A DNA stretch of 64,000 bases from an uncultured Armatimonadetes bacterium (lineage in GTDB: Bacteria > Armatimonadota > UBA5829 > DTJY01), in assembly GCA_963717145.1 (NCBI GenBank), contig OY970325.1, positions 2,560,001 to 2,624,000 on the forward strand. The letters are read 5' to 3'. Positions 60,998 to 64,000 of the stretch are shown here, piece after piece. The notes under the pieces are model-generated. The model ran no database searches. It was not told where the DNA came from and worked only from the letters and a program-made list of their open reading frames with translations. Both the position numbers and the translations under genes were made by a program. The first letter of the stretch is position 1. The number at the start of each line of letters is the position of its first letter.

Positions 60998-62217
60998 CTT
61001 CTATCCTCCAAGATTCCTTTGATCGCATCGAGAATCCGACTGGCCGTCTCGGCCTTCGAAAGCTTCGGCAGCTCGATCGCGGTACCATCACTGCCTATGA
61101 TTGTCACCTGGTTCTCGTCAGTGCCGAATCCTATGTCCGCCCTCGAGACGTCATTCGCGACAATCAGGTCCGCGTTCTTCGACCTAAGCTTCTTCCGCGC
61201 ACTCTCGACTACATTATCGGTCTCTGCGGCAAAGGTTACAAGTACTTTATCGTCCTTGCGCTTGCCTAATTCCCCTACGATATCGACCGTCGGCACGAGC
61301 GCCACGGCCATCTCAGCCGCGCTTTTCTTCATCTTGCCGGCCGAAGGTGACTTTGGGGTGTAATCCGCCACAGCCGCCGCCCCTATCACAACTTCCGCGT
61401 CCGGCACACGCGCCATGACCGCGTTCAGCATCTCAGCCGCGGTCTTCACGGGCACGAACTCGACGCCCGCTGGTGCGGGAAGCGACGTCGGCCCCGACAC
61501 GAGGATCACATTCGCGCCTCGATCCCTGGCGGCCTGTGCAATCGCGTATCCCATCTTGCCCGACGAACGATTTCCGATGAACCGCACCGGGTCGATCGGC
61601 TCCTGCGTCGGTCCGGCTGTGACGAGGATCGAGATTCCCTCGAGGTCCTGCGCCCGTCCGAGGCAGCGGACAACCTCCGCGATGATCTCGTGCGCCGATG
61701 CAAGGCGTCCGACGCCGACCTCGCCGCATGCGAGACGCCCCTGTTCCGGGCCGACAAACCGATATCCGAGCGACTCCAGCTTCGTTACGTTCTCCTGGAC
61801 GACGGGGTTCCCCCACATCCGGCAGTTCATCGCCGGAGCGAGGATGACAGGGCACTCCGTCATCGCCATCACGGTCGTCGAAAGCATATCGTCGGCGATC
61901 CCGGAAGCGATCTTGCCGATTATATTGGCAGTCGCGGGTGCGATCAGCATCACGTCGGCACACTCGGCGAGTGCGACGTGCCGGATGTCGATGTGCTCGG
62001 GCTCCTCGAAGAGATCGGTGATCACCTGGTTGTTCGTCAGCGCCCTGAACGTGCCCGGGCCGACGAACCACTTGGCGTGCTCGGTCATGACCACTTGCAC
62101 ATCTGCACCTCGCTTCACGAGCGCACTGCAGATGTCCGCCGCCTTGTAGACGGCGATCCCGCCTGTGACTCCAAGGATGATCTTCTTGCCCGCCAGGACG
62201 TCATCACTCATCGGCAT
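60994..62217 (-). CDS. coaBC: bifunctional phosphopantothenoylcysteine decarboxylase/ligase
   Basis: [50 protein letters not shown]. Confidence 0.96.
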
Positions 62218-62226
62218 GCACATTCC

Positions 62227-62255
62227 TGTCATTCTTCGCTGCGCGCAGAATGACA
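62227..62255. repeat. internally deleted family B element at the gmk/coaBC junction
   Basis: TGTCATTCTTCGCTGCGCGCAGAATGACA. Confidence 0.7.
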
Positions 62256-62260
62256 ATCGC

Positions 62261-62872
62261 TCAAGACGGCACGAATATTCTCGCTCGTTCCGCGATGATA
62301 ATCGCATGGAGCGTCCTCACCGCCAACTCGATCTCGTCGTTCACCACCAGGTAATCATACTTCGGAATCTGCTCGATCTCCTTCCGCGCATCGAGAAGCC
62401 GCTTTGTGATTGCCTCCTCGGAATCGGTGTATCGAGCGCGAAGCCGATGCTCCAGCTCCTCGACCGAAGGCGGCGCGATGAATATCATCACGGCCTCCGG
62501 GACTTCCTGCTTGACCAACAGGCCGCCCTGGACGTCGATCTTCAGCACGACATCCTTGTTGACGTGGCGCATCTCCTGCACCCGGCAGAGGGATGAGCCG
62601 TAGAGGTGTCCGTGGACCTGGGCGTATTCCAGGAAGTCGCCACGCTCGGCCATCTGCCGGAACTCGTCCACGGTGACGAAATTGTAGTCGACCCCCGGCT
62701 GCTCGCCGGGACGCGGCTCACGCGTGGTGAATGTAACGGAGCGATGAATATCGTTACAGGATTCGGTGAGGTTCTCGAGGAGCGTATCCTTCCCGACCCC
62801 GGATGGCCCGGACAGGACGATCAGCAGGCTCGGGCGATGCTCCAGCAGGTTCAGATTCTTCGACAGGCTCAC
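62261..62872 (-). CDS. gmk: guanylate kinase
   Basis: LSGPSGVGKDT, TTREPRPGE..GVDY, FLEYA.VHGHLYG, FIAPPS. Confidence 0.96.
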   Translation of the reverse strand: MSLSKNLNLLEHRPSLLIVLSGPSGVGKDTLLENLTESCNDIHRSVTFTTREPRPGEQPGVDYNFVTVDEFRQMAERGDFLEYAQVHGHLYGSSLCRVQEMRHVNKDVVLKIDVQGGLLVKQEVPEAVMIFIAPPSVEELEHRLRARYTDSEEAITKRLLDARKEIEQIPKYDYLVVNDEIELAVRTLHAIIIAERARIFVPS

Positions 62873-62908
62873 CTTTCGGCCCTCAATCGGATGCTTGATT
62901 GATGTGGG

Positions 62909-62938
62909 ATTATAGCATTCCGAACTCGGGAGTGTCAA
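62909..62938 (-). promoter_or_regulatory. consensus sigma70 promoter of the gmk operon
   Basis: TTGACA-N18-TATAAT with extended -10 TG on the minus strand. Confidence 0.75.
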
Positions 62939-63022
62939 ACGACCGATTAGATATGGCGGCTCATGGGTAATCTGGTTGGGCCAGGGGCTGCCTTGGTAAA
63001 TCAGGACAACGAGGGTACCGCC

Positions 63023-63826
63023 ATGATACACGTCGTCAGCACGCTGAGCGGGGACAGCAGCCACGCTCATATCGGCCAGCGCCATGCTATCCGGATTGCG
63101 CAGTTGTTTCATGCGAGGCTTCGCGTCGCTCTGATCTGGGAGCCGGAGGTCACCGAGCAGGCTGACACGGGTGGCAGAACCTGGGAAGTCCTCGCAGCCG
63201 ATGAGATGAAGCGGATCTCGCGGGAGTCCGGTGACCCGAGTCTCCGGGTGGAGAGCAGCCTGCGGGGCGAAGGGTTGCACAATGGACTGCTCGCGGAGGC
63301 GCGAGAGACGGACCTCCTCGTGATCGGCATGCCCCGGTGTGCGACGGACGATGACCCTCTATGCAAGGCGATCCGTCAGGACGAGCTGCCGTTGCTCCAG
63401 AAGGCGGAGTGTCTGACCCTGGTCGTGTATGCGGAACCGGCGCCCATCCGGAGCGTGCTGGTGGGCTACCAGGGAGGAACAGCCGGCAAAATGGCCCTTC
63501 GCGCGGCCGGTGAGATCGCACTACTCACCTCAGCGGCGGTGACAGTGCTCAGCGTCGATCGCGCCCCCGACATTGCCGGGCTGCTTACGGCCTCCGCCCA
63601 CCATTACCTCGATGGATATGGAATCCCCGGCATCACCACGATCGAGCGACTGGGAGAGCCTGGCTCCGAGGAGGAGTTGCTCGAAGTCGCCGAGTCCATC
63701 GGAGCGGACTTCGTGGTCGTTGGGGGAGAGCAATACGGCATGCTGACGTGGCTCCGCGCCCGAACCGCTCCCCATCCGGAGGAGATCTCCGCGGCCCTCC
63801 ACAGGCCGGTCTTGATCGCCCGGTAG
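63023..63826 (+). CDS. tandem universal stress protein
   Basis: DLLVIG, VLVGYQG...ALRAA, ADFVVVGG, PVLIAR end. Confidence 0.75.
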   Translation: MIHVVSTLSGDSSHAHIGQRHAIRIAQLFHARLRVALIWEPEVTEQADTGGRTWEVLAADEMKRISRESGDPSLRVESSLRGEGLHNGLLAEARETDLLVIGMPRCATDDDPLCKAIRQDELPLLQKAECLTLVVYAEPAPIRSVLVGYQGGTAGKMALRAAGEIALLTSAAVTVLSVDRAPDIAGLLTASAHHYLDGYGIPGITTIERLGEPGSEEELLEVAESIGADFVVVGGEQYGMLTWLRARTAPHPEEISAALHRPVLIAR

Positions 63827-63881
63827 TAGAACAAAGAAGGATCCGCCGCGCGTCGCTCGATGCCTCTGGCCAGGGTGGGCT

Positions 63882-63996
63882 AGCCTCTCGTTATGCCGCC
63901 AGAGCGGCTACTCGAGGAGAACGGGGGGGTTCTATCCCGGGCAGACCACCCAACCGATCTCCTCGAGTAGCCGCTCTGGCGGCATAACGAGAGGCT
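63882..63996. repeat. 39-bp perfect inverted repeat
   Basis: AGCCTCTCGTTATGCCGCCAGAGCGGCTACTCGAGGAGA (63882-63920) and reverse complement (63958-63996). Confidence 0.88.
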
Positions 63997-64000
63997 GACC

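Overview
High-GC bacterial chromosomal segment, probably Armatimonadota (inferred from PEP-CTERM proteins, a PQQ-propeller protein, many glycan-active enzymes, a Firmicutes-like gmk-coaBC-metK-priA-def-fmt order and a characteristic C-terminal domain). Housekeeping blocks (dxr-rseP-ispG; xerC-hslV-hslU; trmFO; dprA; gmk...fmt) are interleaved with carbohydrate-catabolism, corrinoid/methyltransferase and glycosylation genes, one complete IS481-family element with a 6-bp target duplication, and many palindromic and short tandem repeats, several inside coding sequences. Best candidates for undescribed biology: (1) a non-phage operon (11.1-15.7 kb) of two secreted phage-tail-collar fibre proteins plus a CHAP/Ig-like surface protein; (2) two paralogous small sigma-like factors upstream of two PEP-CTERM genes, flanking two back-to-back promoters with identical GGTTGACATT-N13-YGTCTA architecture; (3) a promoter-driven ~135-nt structured RNA candidate at 29.55-29.69 kb. 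About ten scattered single frameshifts, including one in priA, suggest indel errors in the assembly, so frameshift-based claims are tentative. No rRNA, tRNA or CRISPR array was seen. Family assignments come from motif recognition, not database searches.
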